The notes beneath the pieces were generated by a model, which saw only the letters and a program-made list of their open reading frames with translations, did not search any database and was not told where the DNA came from. A stretch of DNA of 63,987 nt, the filler included, from Reticulomyxa filosa (Eukaryota; Protista; Foraminifera), in the NCBI GenBank assembly GCA_000512085.1. It is 20 parts of 20 records of this genome, joined end to end, with 100 filler letters (N's around TTAATTAATTAA, not from the genome) between each part and the next. Parts side by side here need not be neighbours in the genome. Positions count along the whole stretch, not along the records: positions 1 to 2,532 come from ASPP01024577.1; positions 2,633 to 4,773 come from ASPP01002942.1; positions 4,874 to 7,155 come from ASPP01020166.1; positions 7,256 to 8,993 come from ASPP01009901.1; positions 9,094 to 13,851 come from ASPP01008656.1; 15 more parts are not named here. One strand, written 5' to 3'. Positions 1 to 10,602 of this stretch are shown here, piece after piece (within the stretch, counting starts at the first letter, position 1; each line of letters opens with the position of its first letter). The position numbers and the translations under genes were made by a program.

Positions 1-43
1 AAGTTCCTTTCGTATTACACTTAGTCTTCTCACAAATCCCACA
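1..43 (-). mobile_element. 5' end of an LTR, same family as 3985-4203
   Basis: Reverse complement TGTGGGATTTGTGAGAAGACTAAGTGTAATACGAAAGGAACTT matches TGTAGGAATAGAGACACTAAGTGTAATAAGAAAGGAACTT at 3985 and starts with TG. Confidence 0.65.
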
Positions 44-58
44 GCAGTTACAATAACA

Positions 59-316
59 ATGTATGTGATTGAGCACTGTTTCTCTCAAGGCAATTACTGT
101 TGGTCAGCTGCTCAAATTGAAATGCGATGGAAAAGAATTGAGAAAAGATTAAAGTTCTCGTTTGATATTTATTATCTAGACCAAGTACTTAATCAAATGT
201 ACACAGAAGGTATTTTAGAGAGATATCAGATAAATCAAGTTAATCATTTTGCGTGGAAGACAGGATGTGCAAAGCCAAGGTTAAAAACAATCAAGTATTT
301 ATCAATGTTGCCGTAA
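59..316 (+). CDS. Hypothetical 85-aa protein or fragment
   Basis: Open frame with protein-like composition in AT-rich DNA; no family recognised. Confidence 0.3.
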   Translation: MYVIEHCFSQGNYCWSAAQIEMRWKRIEKRLKFSFDIYYLDQVLNQMYTEGILERYQINQVNHFAWKTGCAKPRLKTIKYLSMLP

Positions 317-807
317 GTGGCATTTCTAAAAGCATATCAGTGACATAGCGGAAATGGATGTCTCTTCCAGTAAAAATAAATACTCGATCTTTGACAGTCG
401 TATCAACTGTTTTTTTTGTTTAATTCTGTTTTTTTAAGTCCAACTTTGATATTATTAATATGTTTGTAAAAAAAAGAAATGAAATATTGACTGTCTTTGA
501 AATCCCAAAACAATGGTATTAACATGACAAAAAAATGACTTGACTTTTTTGATTTTATTTTCTCTAAGAAAATAGTTATTTTTAAATTTTTGTTTGCATG
601 GTAAATAGAAAATTGTTTATATGTCCATCATCCACTTTATGAAAACTAAACTTTTGCTACTTTATGTTTAAAAAATAAAATAAATGAAAGACAATCGAAT
701 AAGCAAAGTTGGAATTGGTCAGTTGTATAAAAAAAAAGAGATCCAACATTGATTTTGTCAAATAAGAACAAAACTATACCACATTTGGTAAAGCTAATAA
801 TCGAAAA

Positions 808-1025
808 TTGGCTTCAGTTAAAAAACTCCAATCATGGAATTTGAAAGAAAATGCAGTGCGAGAATTAAAAGGACATTTTGGTGCAATATTGGATGCAATT
901 TTTTCTTCAGATGGTAAATATCTTGTTGTGTCCCAATGGATTTTCTTTTTTGGATCTGATTCTTTCATGCACAAATGTTTGTGTAATGATGAGAATAAAG
1001 TTGCTTTAAGTATAACATGTGGGAT
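808..1025 (+). pseudogene. WD40 repeat fragment
   Basis: One WD40-like blade (SWNLKENAVRELKGHFGAILDAIFSSDGKYLV), then decay. Confidence 0.5.
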
Positions 1026-2416
1026 AAAAAAAAAGAAAATTTGAATTAACATAAAATTGTTGAACATAATCATTTCCACAAAGAAGGAAAAAAAGTGTAC
1101 TTATTTCAAACATTTATTAATATATCTTATTTTAACACTCAATATAAGCTAAAGTTGAAATATTGTGCTTTTGGTTTGTATTTTTTTTTATTTATGTTTT
1201 TTGCATTTTATTTTACGTTCTGCCTTTAACTCTTTTATTATTGTATGTAATTTGTGATCAAAACAGTCTGAAGAAGAATAAACTTATTCATAAGAATAAC
1301 AAGCTCTTTGTTCGTAACCTCCACAAATGAGGAGTTTGTGTGTTGTGTAGCACACATTGAGTTTGAGCAAGTGGAATGAACAACTCCTTTCAAAGTTCAA
1401 AATACTAGGTTTCTCATGTTATTAACGTTGAGGAACTATGGAGTAGGTTTAACTTTTTTTAAAAAGGGGAAGAATACGAAAAAAGTCGTCCTTTTTTAAA
1501 TTTTGGAATGAATGACTTAAAAAAAAAGCAAAGGTTATATTTATTATGAAAAAATTGAAATATTGATTGTATCACACAATCTGTTGATTATCTTTAAAAC
1601 AGAGTGAGTATATTTTAATAATCATTTTGATAATATCTTTCTTTTTTTTACTTTTTAATTATTTTTGTGCATTCAAATTTGCTAAATTATTTAAAAAACA
1701 TCAAAATGTAAAGAGACAAAAAATTAATATTGCATTGTGTTGTTTACTGTTTGTGTGGGTATGTTACTTCTTTTTACATTTACTAATATCCTTCATATCC
1801 ATTGATCATAATTTGCACTTTGTTTTTTTTAAAAAGAGGTGATGTTGTTTCGGAAAGCAATCAATGCCAACAACCTTGTAGAAATTACACCCGTGTTGTT
1901 GACAAATTTTGGATTTGTAACAACAGTAGAAATTATTTGAATCCAATCTATTGTGGAAAAAAGTGAGAGGCACACACCGAAACTTTATTGTATTGAATGA
2001 TATTGATGATCATTAATAGCTTTCAAGAGTCGTTCGGACAAAGTCGATAGTTTTATGGAGAAAAATAGACTTTTTCGCTACTATCCACCACAGTATGGAT
2101 TCTCCAATGATTGCAATGGAGTTATTTCTTCCAATAATATTGAGAAAACGTATGAGAAGAATGACATTGATCTCATCAAAATGAATCTACTGCTCTCTTT
2201 GACGTTATTAAGTAATATCTGTTTTAAATTTGATGTTTATGATATATAATTATTTTTTTAAAATCTATTGTTGCAATGAACTTCTTTTTTTAAATGGAAA
2301 AAAGATAAAAAAAGATTTATTTTAATGTTCCAATTGGCAAGCTTGATTTGTTGCAAATGTAGGATAGTGTTCTCTTTATGCATTATACATCTTTTCAATG
2401 TAGCAAAAATCAAATA

Positions 2417-2532
2417 CAGTAAAATGCGAAGTAAAGTTGACAACTAAAACGGCACCTTATAAAAATGATTAATTTTCTACATGAAAAGACAACATTCAGA
2501 CCTAATTTTTTTTTAAAAATATCTACAAATCG
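2417..2532 (+). mobile_element. Diverged Tc1/mariner terminal inverted repeat (left end)
   Basis: TA|CAGT start; GGCACCTTAT...ATTTTCTACATGAAAA...CCTAATTTTT resembles the TIR at 22738 and 61900-62000. Confidence 0.5.
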
Positions 2533-2632
2533 NNNNNNNNNNNNNNNNNNNNNNNNNNNNNNNNNNNNNNNNNNNNTTAATTAATTAANNNNNNNNNNNN
2601 NNNNNNNNNNNNNNNNNNNNNNNNNNNNNNNN
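2533..2632. other. Artificial contig spacer N44-TTAATTAATTAA-N44, first of 19. Others start at 4774, 7156, 8994, 13852, 18808, 20100, 22832, 27257, 34578, 37246, 38387, 40735, 45160, 47446, 53457, 58276, 60915 and 62861
   Basis: Identical 100-bp block each time, with a palindromic 12-mer giving stops in all six frames; the flanking sequences are unrelated across each spacer. Confidence 0.98.
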
Positions 2633-2715
2633 AAAAAAAAAAAAAAAAAAAAAAAAAAAAGGAGGGGGGGGGGGGGAAAAAAAAAAACAAACAAAACAAA
2701 ACAAAAAAAACTAAC

Positions 2716-3700
2716 ATCTATAACGTGATAGGTACGTGTTGGAATGAGGAAACCGATTATTCCAATTGGAATTAGGAAACAATCCCCCAATCCTAAGAAA
2801 AAACTTTTAACCCAGTCAAAACGAAGATCCGAGTATTTGTCTTTGACGTAATCATCCCACTTGTCCACCCATGAGCTGTCAACACCATGAGCGATTCGTC
2901 GCGTGTTTTGCAACACGTCGTAGGTAACATAACATGGCGTGTTAAATGCATACAGGATATGTACGTATCGCATGTTCAGAAAGAGCAACAATAAACGTTA
3001 CGTATAGAATGCAGCATGAGATTATTTGACACATAAAATTTTTTTTTTTTTTAATGTGAATTTTTGGTGTGTATACGTGAAACAAGGAGGAGGAAGAAAT
3101 TTTATTTAAAAAAAAAAAAAAAAAAAATTTATCAATTGATACCGGTAAAAAGATAACATTCGTGTTGGCATTACCATCGACGCCAAACCAAATGGTAATG
3201 TAAAGGCATCTGCTATGGCATATCCAAAATTTTTCCACATGTTTGCACGTAAGGTCCATGAGTAATGATAACTGTTTCTACTCTCTGCCTCATCCAGTCC
3301 ATCGATCCACAACCGAAAAAAATGGTAGATTCGGGTAGGGATACTTAATGACAACAAACTAATCGGGAGGCATATCAAATCCCATACTGCTAAGAATAGT
3401 TGAACCACTGCATTTCCACGAAAGTCCCACCTGTACACGTATACATACATATATATATTAACGAAATAAAGGACGTGCAATGTTTCCAAAAAGATTTTTA
3501 TATCACTTCTAACATGTCTTGACAATCTTTGATTGACATTACAATGCCTGGGATACGCCACACACAACAACAAGCACATAGGACTGCAGAAATACATAAT
3601 ATATCTATTGTCCTCAAAAAGATGAATTTAATTACTCGCCCAAGAAAGGCCAAAAAGTCCAAAAATTCGTTGGACATGTTAGTATATTGTGAGAGTTTTT
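2716..3700 (-). CDS. Multi-exon membrane protein with tandem hydrophobic repeats (3' partial; 5' boundary approximate)
   Basis: Repeating units LFLAVWDLICLPISLLSLSIPTRIYH, FGYAIADAFTLPFGLASMVMPTRMLS, FFLGLGDCFLIPIGIIGFLIPTRTYH, separated by intron-like AT-rich segments. Confidence 0.65.
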
Positions 3701-3984
3701 TTGGGACAAGTTTGTAACAGACAACCAGTTTTCAAATAGAGTCGAAATTTTGAGGAAAAACAATACATGGCAAAAGGTTTGAAAAATATTTTTATACACA
3801 ACTCAATCTATAAAAATATAGCGGCAAAGAATAGAGGAAGCAAAAGACTGAAAAAAATGATACGTTACATTCAAGGACCAAAAAGTTTAATTCAGTGCTA
3901 GAAGCTAGAATATGCATACAAAAATAAAGTCAGTGATGATAATGTTCAATTATTTTGCTATATTTTTGAATTAATGTAATATAA

Positions 3985-4203
3985 TGTAGGAATAGAGACA
4001 CTAAGTGTAATAAGAAAGGAACTTAGTTCCAAAAAGCAACTTCAGTAAAAGTAAATTAAATTAACAAAAATAATTTCAACACAAAAAAGGAAAACAAGTA
4101 AAGAAAACACAAAAGTGAGTTGTGTTGTGAAGAAGGTTTTAACCCACCGGGGGTCCCATCGTTCCCTTAGTATTTGAGACTGTATAATAGGGACTTATCC
4201 TCA
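3985..4203 (+). mobile_element. Solo LTR (219 bp) with 4-bp target site duplication
   Basis: Starts TGTAGG, ends TCCTCA (TG...CA); ATAA at both 3981-3984 and 4204-4207; related copies at 1-43, ~11884-12000, ~12085-12270 and 21124-21333. Confidence 0.72.
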
Positions 4204-4216
4204 ATAAAAACTAGAA

Positions 4217-4773
4217 TTATTGAGCAAGTAAAGTGCAACATTGCCTTACAGCACGACCAAGACCATGCAGGATTACGATTTGCGCTACGACTTGTCCTGT
4301 TTGCATTATTAAGATATCATAACCAGAAGGGGAGAGAATGCGCTTAAAATTCGCGTAGCAATATATTGGTAATTGTTTTGCAGTGTTCAATTTGTAGTAA
4401 GCAATCAATCACACGTCTGTTAACGTATGCACATATATTTATTTATATATATATATTATATACATATATATATGTACACATATTATAAAGCAACGGATAA
4501 AAAGTATAGCGCCAGACAACATAAAGTGCAATAATCATGAAGCAGTGGTATTAATTAAGCAAAGTTTGGAGTGAGTGAGTGTTTGTATTTGATTTTGTAT
4601 TATTATCATTCTTAGCATTCAAACATGGCATTTAAAGCAGTTAGTTGAGTATCATTGAGATCTTGCAACAGTTGCCGATGTATCTGATTCAAATCTTCTT
4701 CTGTCCAGGTCACTCGCGGGACATTTGCATCTACTTCGTTGTCGACGTGCACTCCTCCGAAATAGTCTGGAGT
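4217..4773 (-). pseudogene. Decayed coding fragment of unknown family
   Basis: Protein-like frame (PDYFGGVHVDNEVDANVPRVTWTEEDLNQIHRQLL) interrupted by stops, plus an (AT)n intron-like segment. Confidence 0.35.
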
Positions 4774-4873
4774 NNNNNNNNNNNNNNNNNNNNNNNNNNN
4801 NNNNNNNNNNNNNNNNNTTAATTAATTAANNNNNNNNNNNNNNNNNNNNNNNNNNNNNNNNNNNNNNNNNNNN

Positions 4874-5501
4874 CTTGTACTTGTGCTTGTACTTGTGCTT
4901 GTGATGGATTGACATCAACAATGTCATCGTCATTGATATCCACATCTGCAATCGTCGGATCTATGACTGCAGCCGTAGTAAGGGTCGTTGCAGCCGTAAC
5001 AATTCCACCTCCCAACACCTTTGTGTTACCAGGAGTTAACAACAAGTATCCATGTCTCAATTCCACGTCTTTCACCATGATTTTACATCCCACTGGTGTC
5101 GATACTGACAATCCCGATATTCGCGAGTACTCCATTCCATATATTATGTGCACGCCATCTGTCAACAATAAACGCAACAGTCGTGACGCTGTCGGCCCCT
5201 GCGCCTCTTTATTCTTCCCTTCAAACTGCGCTTGTGTCGCGTTCACAATCTCCAACAGCTGCAATACGTATACTCCCGCCCACACTTGCCTGTGGAAAAA
5301 ACACAAACGATCTGGAAAACACGCTGCTGATGAATCTGCCAAGTCTGTACATAAAAATTGACCATACACCCCTTCTGTTATTTCTCTTTCCGCCTTTCTA
5401 CTGTTCCTGCCTGATTCCTTTTCAAAGCATTGCTGTAACCAATCTGATTTTAGACATAAATGACGTTCAGAGAGCAATTTTCGTACTGATTCCAAAGCCA
5501 T
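4874..5501 (-). CDS. RMI1: RecQ-mediated genome instability protein 1, N-terminal OB-fold (3' partial)
   Basis: Hallmark RMI1_N motifs: WLQQC, VYGQFLCTDL, YVLQL, RLLRLLLTDG, GMEY, TPVGCKI, RHGYLLLTPGNTKVLGG. TDRD3 shares this domain, so the symbol is not certain. Confidence 0.85.
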
Positions 5502-5756
5502 TTTTTTATTAAGGTTTTCTGTTCATTTGTGTTATGAAGGGAGGAGAAACAAGTAGAAAGAAAAAAAAAAACCTTGTTCAAAGAAAAATTTTTGTATTGA
5601 TCTATTTAAACCTGTCGAATGAAAAAATGATAATTGTGAAAAACTTATTTTTCGATTACAAAATATAGACCAAAAATACTAATAAGTACACAGTACAAGA
5701 ACCAACATTTGCAGTTTGGATTAAAAAAAAAAATCTCTGAAAAATTTCGAACATCA
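5502..5756. promoter_or_regulatory. Probable bidirectional promoter
   Basis: 255-bp AT-rich gap between divergent start codons of RMI1 (5501) and the DHHC gene (5757). Confidence 0.5.
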
Positions 5757-7113
5757 ATGCTCCCATCAAAGAGACGCGGAAATAAATTTGATTTCCATTT
5801 TCAAACCCTATTTCGATATGCCCTTCGCTCCGTTCAGCCAGTGTTGGTGCTGGTGGGAGAGACACTTGTGTATGTCGTGACAACAACTACAAATGTATGT
5901 ACGATGCAAAACAAAGGTCGAAGGTGCGTGTGTGTGTATGAATGCGATTGATGGATAGGAGCTTTATAGTGTACTCATGGTTTACATACTTGCACACGTT
6001 GGACGGACGACAAGTAAATAGTATAGGTTTCCTGTCCTCTACAATGTTTGGGATATTTGTGTTATTCAACATTATATACAATCACTTGAGCGCATGTTTT
6101 AGATCTCCGGGATACGCACGAGACTTGCAAAGGCTCTGGAACGGAGGCAATAGTTTGAGTTAAAAAAAAGGGGGGGAGTATTTATATCAACAAAAGCAAT
6201 CAAATAAAAAGAACTTATAAAAATGACAGACAGCAGTGGCAATGATAAAAATAGCAATAATAACAATATTAATAATATGAATGACAATAATAATAATAAT
6301 AATAACAATGATAGCAATAGTAATAATAATAATAATAATAATATGAATGACAATAATAATAATAATAACAATAACCAATCATTTTTATCAATAACAGTAT
6401 CGAATAAAAATAATAATGACATGACCGCCAATATGATACCTAATACAAAGGATGGTCTCGGGATGCGACTTGTTCATAGCTGGGATGAGAAGAGCGTGGT
6501 CGATGGACTACGATACAACCCACACGTGTGGCGATTTTGCGACACTTGCAACGCGGACAAGCCGCCACGCGCCCATCACTGCGGCATATGTGACGAGTGC
6601 GTCTTATGTATGGACCACCATTGTCCATGGGTCGGCAACTGCGTGGGATTAGCCAATTATCGCTACTTCATTCTATTCATGTTCTGGGTTGTCTTTGGCT
6701 GCTTCTATTATCTGCTTTTTGCCCTTCCCCATTCGGGCTTGGAGTGGTTCGATTCCAAAACTTTTTCTTATCGAACTGAACCTGATTTGAAAGATGTTTT
6801 GTTTATTTGTTTATTTGTTTGTTTGTTTTTGAACTTTTGTTTGAGGGTTGTCCCTTTTTTTTTTTAAAAAAAAAAAAAAAAAAGGCTCAGTCAAAAGTTT
6901 TACTGTCCGTCATATTCTCTTTTGCGGTTGGCTGTGCGGTGTCTGCATTATTGGGATTTCATATCTTCCTTGTGCTGACAGGTCAGTCGACCATCGAGTT
7001 CATGATGAATGGAAAAATCAAATGGCATCTCAAAAAAAAAGGAATTGACTGGAAGGTACCTAGCGACAAAGGCATTAAAAAAAATTGGCAGATTACCTTT
7101 CAAAGCTTTGGCA
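5757..7113 (+). CDS. DHHC palmitoyltransferase (multi-exon, 3' partial)
   Basis: [44 protein letters not shown]; TM segments; GQSTIE (TTxE-like) motif; intron 6796-6884; Asn-rich insert. Confidence 0.95.
6241..6375 (+). repeat. (AAT)n microsatellite encoding poly-Asn
   Basis: Imperfect AAT runs within the DHHC reading frame. Confidence 0.9.
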
Positions 7114-7116
7114 GGT

Positions 7117-7155
<39 letters not shown>

Positions 7156-7299
7156 NNNNNNNNNNNNNNNNNNNNNNNNNNNNNNNNNNNNNNNNNNNNT
7201 TAATTAATTAANNNNNNNNNNNNNNNNNNNNNNNNNNNNNNNNNNNNNNNNNNNNATATATATACATATATATACATATGTATATGTATATACATATAT

Positions 7300-7937
7300 T
7301 TGTAATGTGAAACAGAGCCATGTCGGCAATACCAGAGTCTCAACAAACTCAGAGTCAGACGGAGCCGGTGAAAACGTCGACAGACCAAACCGACTCGGAT
7401 TTGGCAGTATTGTCGAGGAAGCATTCCAATGCTGATTCCATTTATGATGTTCACACGGATGACGAACACGACAGACGCTCAACCTTTGTAGTGAAAGAGG
7501 GAGAAGAGAATAAGGCGATTGAAGAAAAAGAGGAAACAGAGGAGTTTGTTCACATTGACGGCTGTTCTGACTTGCAAACACGCGATATGAGTATGGGAGG
7601 GTCTCTTCTTCGTTCAAGACTTGTGAATACACTTGCAGAGTCGAATAATGATCCAATGGCGCATGTGCGAGAGGGTGTTCTGGCTGAGATCAAACATAAT
7701 GAACTGGAACAACACGTTATTTCCAATTCCGAAACAAATGACTTTCAGTGCCCGTTGTCCACTCAAAATCATTTGGACAATGGCAGTGCGACAAACATGT
7801 TGGCCTCCGTCGTTTTGACCAACAGCCACTGTGATAGTGCTTCCAAACACACTTTCGATTATTGTTCTGCACAAACTCAGGTGGACAGTTCCATTCACGG
7901 TGATGGCAATTCTGGTGATCTTGAATCAATTGATTGA
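7300..7937 (+). CDS. C-terminal exon of an acidic, low-complexity hypothetical protein
   Basis: 205-codon ORF rich in S/T/E/D following an (AT)n intron-like segment. Confidence 0.55.
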
Positions 7938-8404
7938 TTCGTTATATACAACACACACACAGATAGACAAACACTTTTTAAAAAAAAACTAACAACGCTT
8001 TTTTTTTAAGTTTGTTTGTTTGGAAATTTCTTGTGCTTTCGAAGCTGTTGAGGTTCACAGGTTCATGAACCAAAAAAAAAAACAGCAATGAGCTTTTCAA
8101 AAAATGTTGTGTATGTGTGCGTGTGTCTCATTGTATCATTTTTTTTTATCCCAATTTGGGTTGTCATTGTGTGTACCAAAGTAACGTCCGTAATATAAAT
8201 CAGTTTTAGTAAAACGCTTTTTTCCATTTCGTTTTGCAAAGTATTCCTCTGCCAACAAACTTGTAATTGATTGTCATTGAAATCATCGTGATCTCAATAT
8301 TAAATAACAACACTTTCCATTTCAAACTTTATAGACGAATCTTTGTAATTTTTCATTTTTTGACGGCTTACTTTCGACTTTTTTTGGGAGAGACCCTTGT
8401 TGCA

Positions 8405-8910
8405 ATGCGACAATTCGCTTTTCAAAAAGTAAATATAAATACTTGGTCTGAACATGTCTCTAAATGGAAAAGAAATCGCACATTGGTAATTTTCGTTCTG
8501 GTATTCTGTGTATTGACACTAATATTAGTCGTTGGCTCATTGCACTTGACAACAACGGTTGCTTTAGACAATGACGAGCACAAAACATTTTGGTGGTGGA
8601 TGCACTCTCACCAACGTGTGTATTCTGGTGAGGTGCAGCTTCATCAAGCAAACGCAACGCATCTGCCGCTGAATAGTAAACTATTGTCACTGTTCCACGG
8701 CCTCTCGGCCGGGATGACCCACGTCGAGATGAAAAAATTCAGCGCACTAAACAAGCAATCCAAACACATTAAATTGCTGTTTATTGCCGGTATCGAAGGG
8801 ACAGGTCACCATTTGTTCGTATCATTAATGGCGGAATTGGCAAAGCACGATAAGACCGTGCACATGGAATATTACGAGGACACTACCCTACCTCTTTGTC
8901 TCCATGGGTT
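8405..8910 (+). CDS. Type II membrane sulfotransferase-like protein (3' partial)
   Basis: Basic cytoplasmic tail, one TM helix (TLVIFVLVFCVLTLILVVGSL), stem, then LLFIAGIEGTGHHLF resembling the PAPS-binding 5'-PSB loop. Confidence 0.6.
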
Positions 8911-9093
8911 ATTATGCGTACACATACATAAAAGAATATTGTTTATTTACAAAAAGAATCATTTTTATAAATTAACTTAAAAAAAAAAAAAAANNNNNNN
9001 NNNNNNNNNNNNNNNNNNNNNNNNNNNNNNNNNNNNNTTAATTAATTAANNNNNNNNNNNNNNNNNNNNNNNNNNNNNNNNNNNNNNNNNNNN

Positions 9094-9750
9094 TTTTTTG
9101 AAGGTTATAACCGTATTACAGAAGGTATAGAAATGAGGAGAAATTTATTGTCATCGATTGAAGATATTTACATAACAGATTGGGTTGGGGAGTCTGCATT
9201 GGTGTTAATAAATGCAAAACATCACCAAGCAGCGCTGACAATTTTACAGGAATTGCATAGGAAGCATATTCGAACAGAGCTGTACGATAAAATGTTGGGA
9301 GACAAGGAAACGTTCTGGTTGTCCATCTTGTTGTCTGGACAAAAACCACAGTTTAGCTCTTATGGAATGCAAATCATTGGGACGCGCTTTGAAAAGAAAA
9401 GACAAATATGTCCAGCTGGAAATGATGTTGTGGTACAGTATATTAGTGCCGGGGCATTACAACGGCCCAATATTTTTTATCTCAATGGACAATCCATTGA
9501 AAAACTTTTGGATAGTCAACATCCCAAACGAGCTCACATTCGAAAGAAGTTGCAATTTATCAGCAAACCTATAATTGGTCACCAAAGAGGCACTTGTCGA
9601 CCACTTTCGCAATGTAAAGCCTTCAATGACTCCACTTTTGATATCCTTATCGATCGTCTTTCCGGGCATAGGAAGGCCTTCTTACAACAATTAAAAAAGC
9701 ACCAATACGTTTTCAAAAACCACATTTTTTCTGAAGAGGTTTTGTTTTGA
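9094..9750 (+). CDS. Alpha-mannosyltransferase, GT71 (MNN1/MNN2-like), C-terminal part
   Basis: ESALVLIN (cf. ESGxxxIDK) followed by the GT71 signature GDKETFWL. Confidence 0.75.
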   Translation, partial: FFEGYNRITEGIEMRRNLLSSIEDIYITDWVGESALVLINAKHHQAALTILQELHRKHIRTELYDKMLGDKETFWLSILLSGQKPQFSSYGMQIIGTRFEKKRQICPAGNDVVVQYISAGALQRPNIFYLNGQSIEKLLDSQHPKRAHIRKKLQFISKPIIGHQRGTCRPLSQCKAFNDSTFDILIDRLSGHRKAFLQQLKKHQYVFKNHIFSEEVLF

Positions 9751-10602
9751 TTTGTAACACCTTCTCTCTCTCTCTCTTACTCACTCTCTTTAGTCCTTTT
9801 TTTTTTTCTCTATTATCTCCCCTTATTATCTCTCTTTCTTTTCAACAGCCGTTTGTCTTGCGCTAGAATGAAAAATTTGTATGTTGTTATATAACTTCGA
9901 TTTTCTTTTTCATTTGTTTTGTTTTGTTTTGTTTTGCTGCAATTTGCAATGATTTTTTTATTTATTTTGTTTTAACTTGGATTTTTCATACTTTTTATAT
10001 AATGTTACACTAATCCAATATTGGCTCCAAAGTTTTTTTTCTCGTCTTCTGTATTTTGGGTCGATATTCCAATTTGTCAAAAAAGAAATGTGATAAGAAG
10101 TGATAGCTCAACTCGGAACGTTTGCAATTAAATGGAGTGTGGGCAATCGTCTCTTTTGACACACTTCACAAAAATGAAAATCTCGATTCAATACAAAATA
10201 AGGAAAACCAAAATAAAAATTGAGTATAAGAGAACAAATAGAACTCCACACCTTGGCTGATGGTTCTTCTTGTCATCACTCAAATAACAGGTTCCGATTT
10301 CAGCAAGAAAAAAAAAAATGGCAATTTTTAATTTTCTCGAGCATCATTTGGACGTTATTTTGTTGCATGGAAAATTGTTAGATTTTAAAGTTAAAAATTT
10401 GTTGTTTTTTTTTTAATAGGAGCCGTGGGTTTGAATGAAACAAAACCAACGGATGTGTGAATTGCGCAAAAAAAAAACAAAACAAAAACAAAAAGTATCT
10501 GTGCAATGGTCACAAAAGAAAATTAGAAATGATGATTTGTCCTAAAACATTTCCAAAAAAAAAAAAAGCAACGAAGACAACTGTTGGTGACATAGTTTTT
10601 GA

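Noticed and set aside
779-830. PHLVKLIIENWLQ as a fifth cassette-exon copy before the WD40 fragment
   Set aside because: Only the first third matches; the GWI.DF.K core and splice sites are missing
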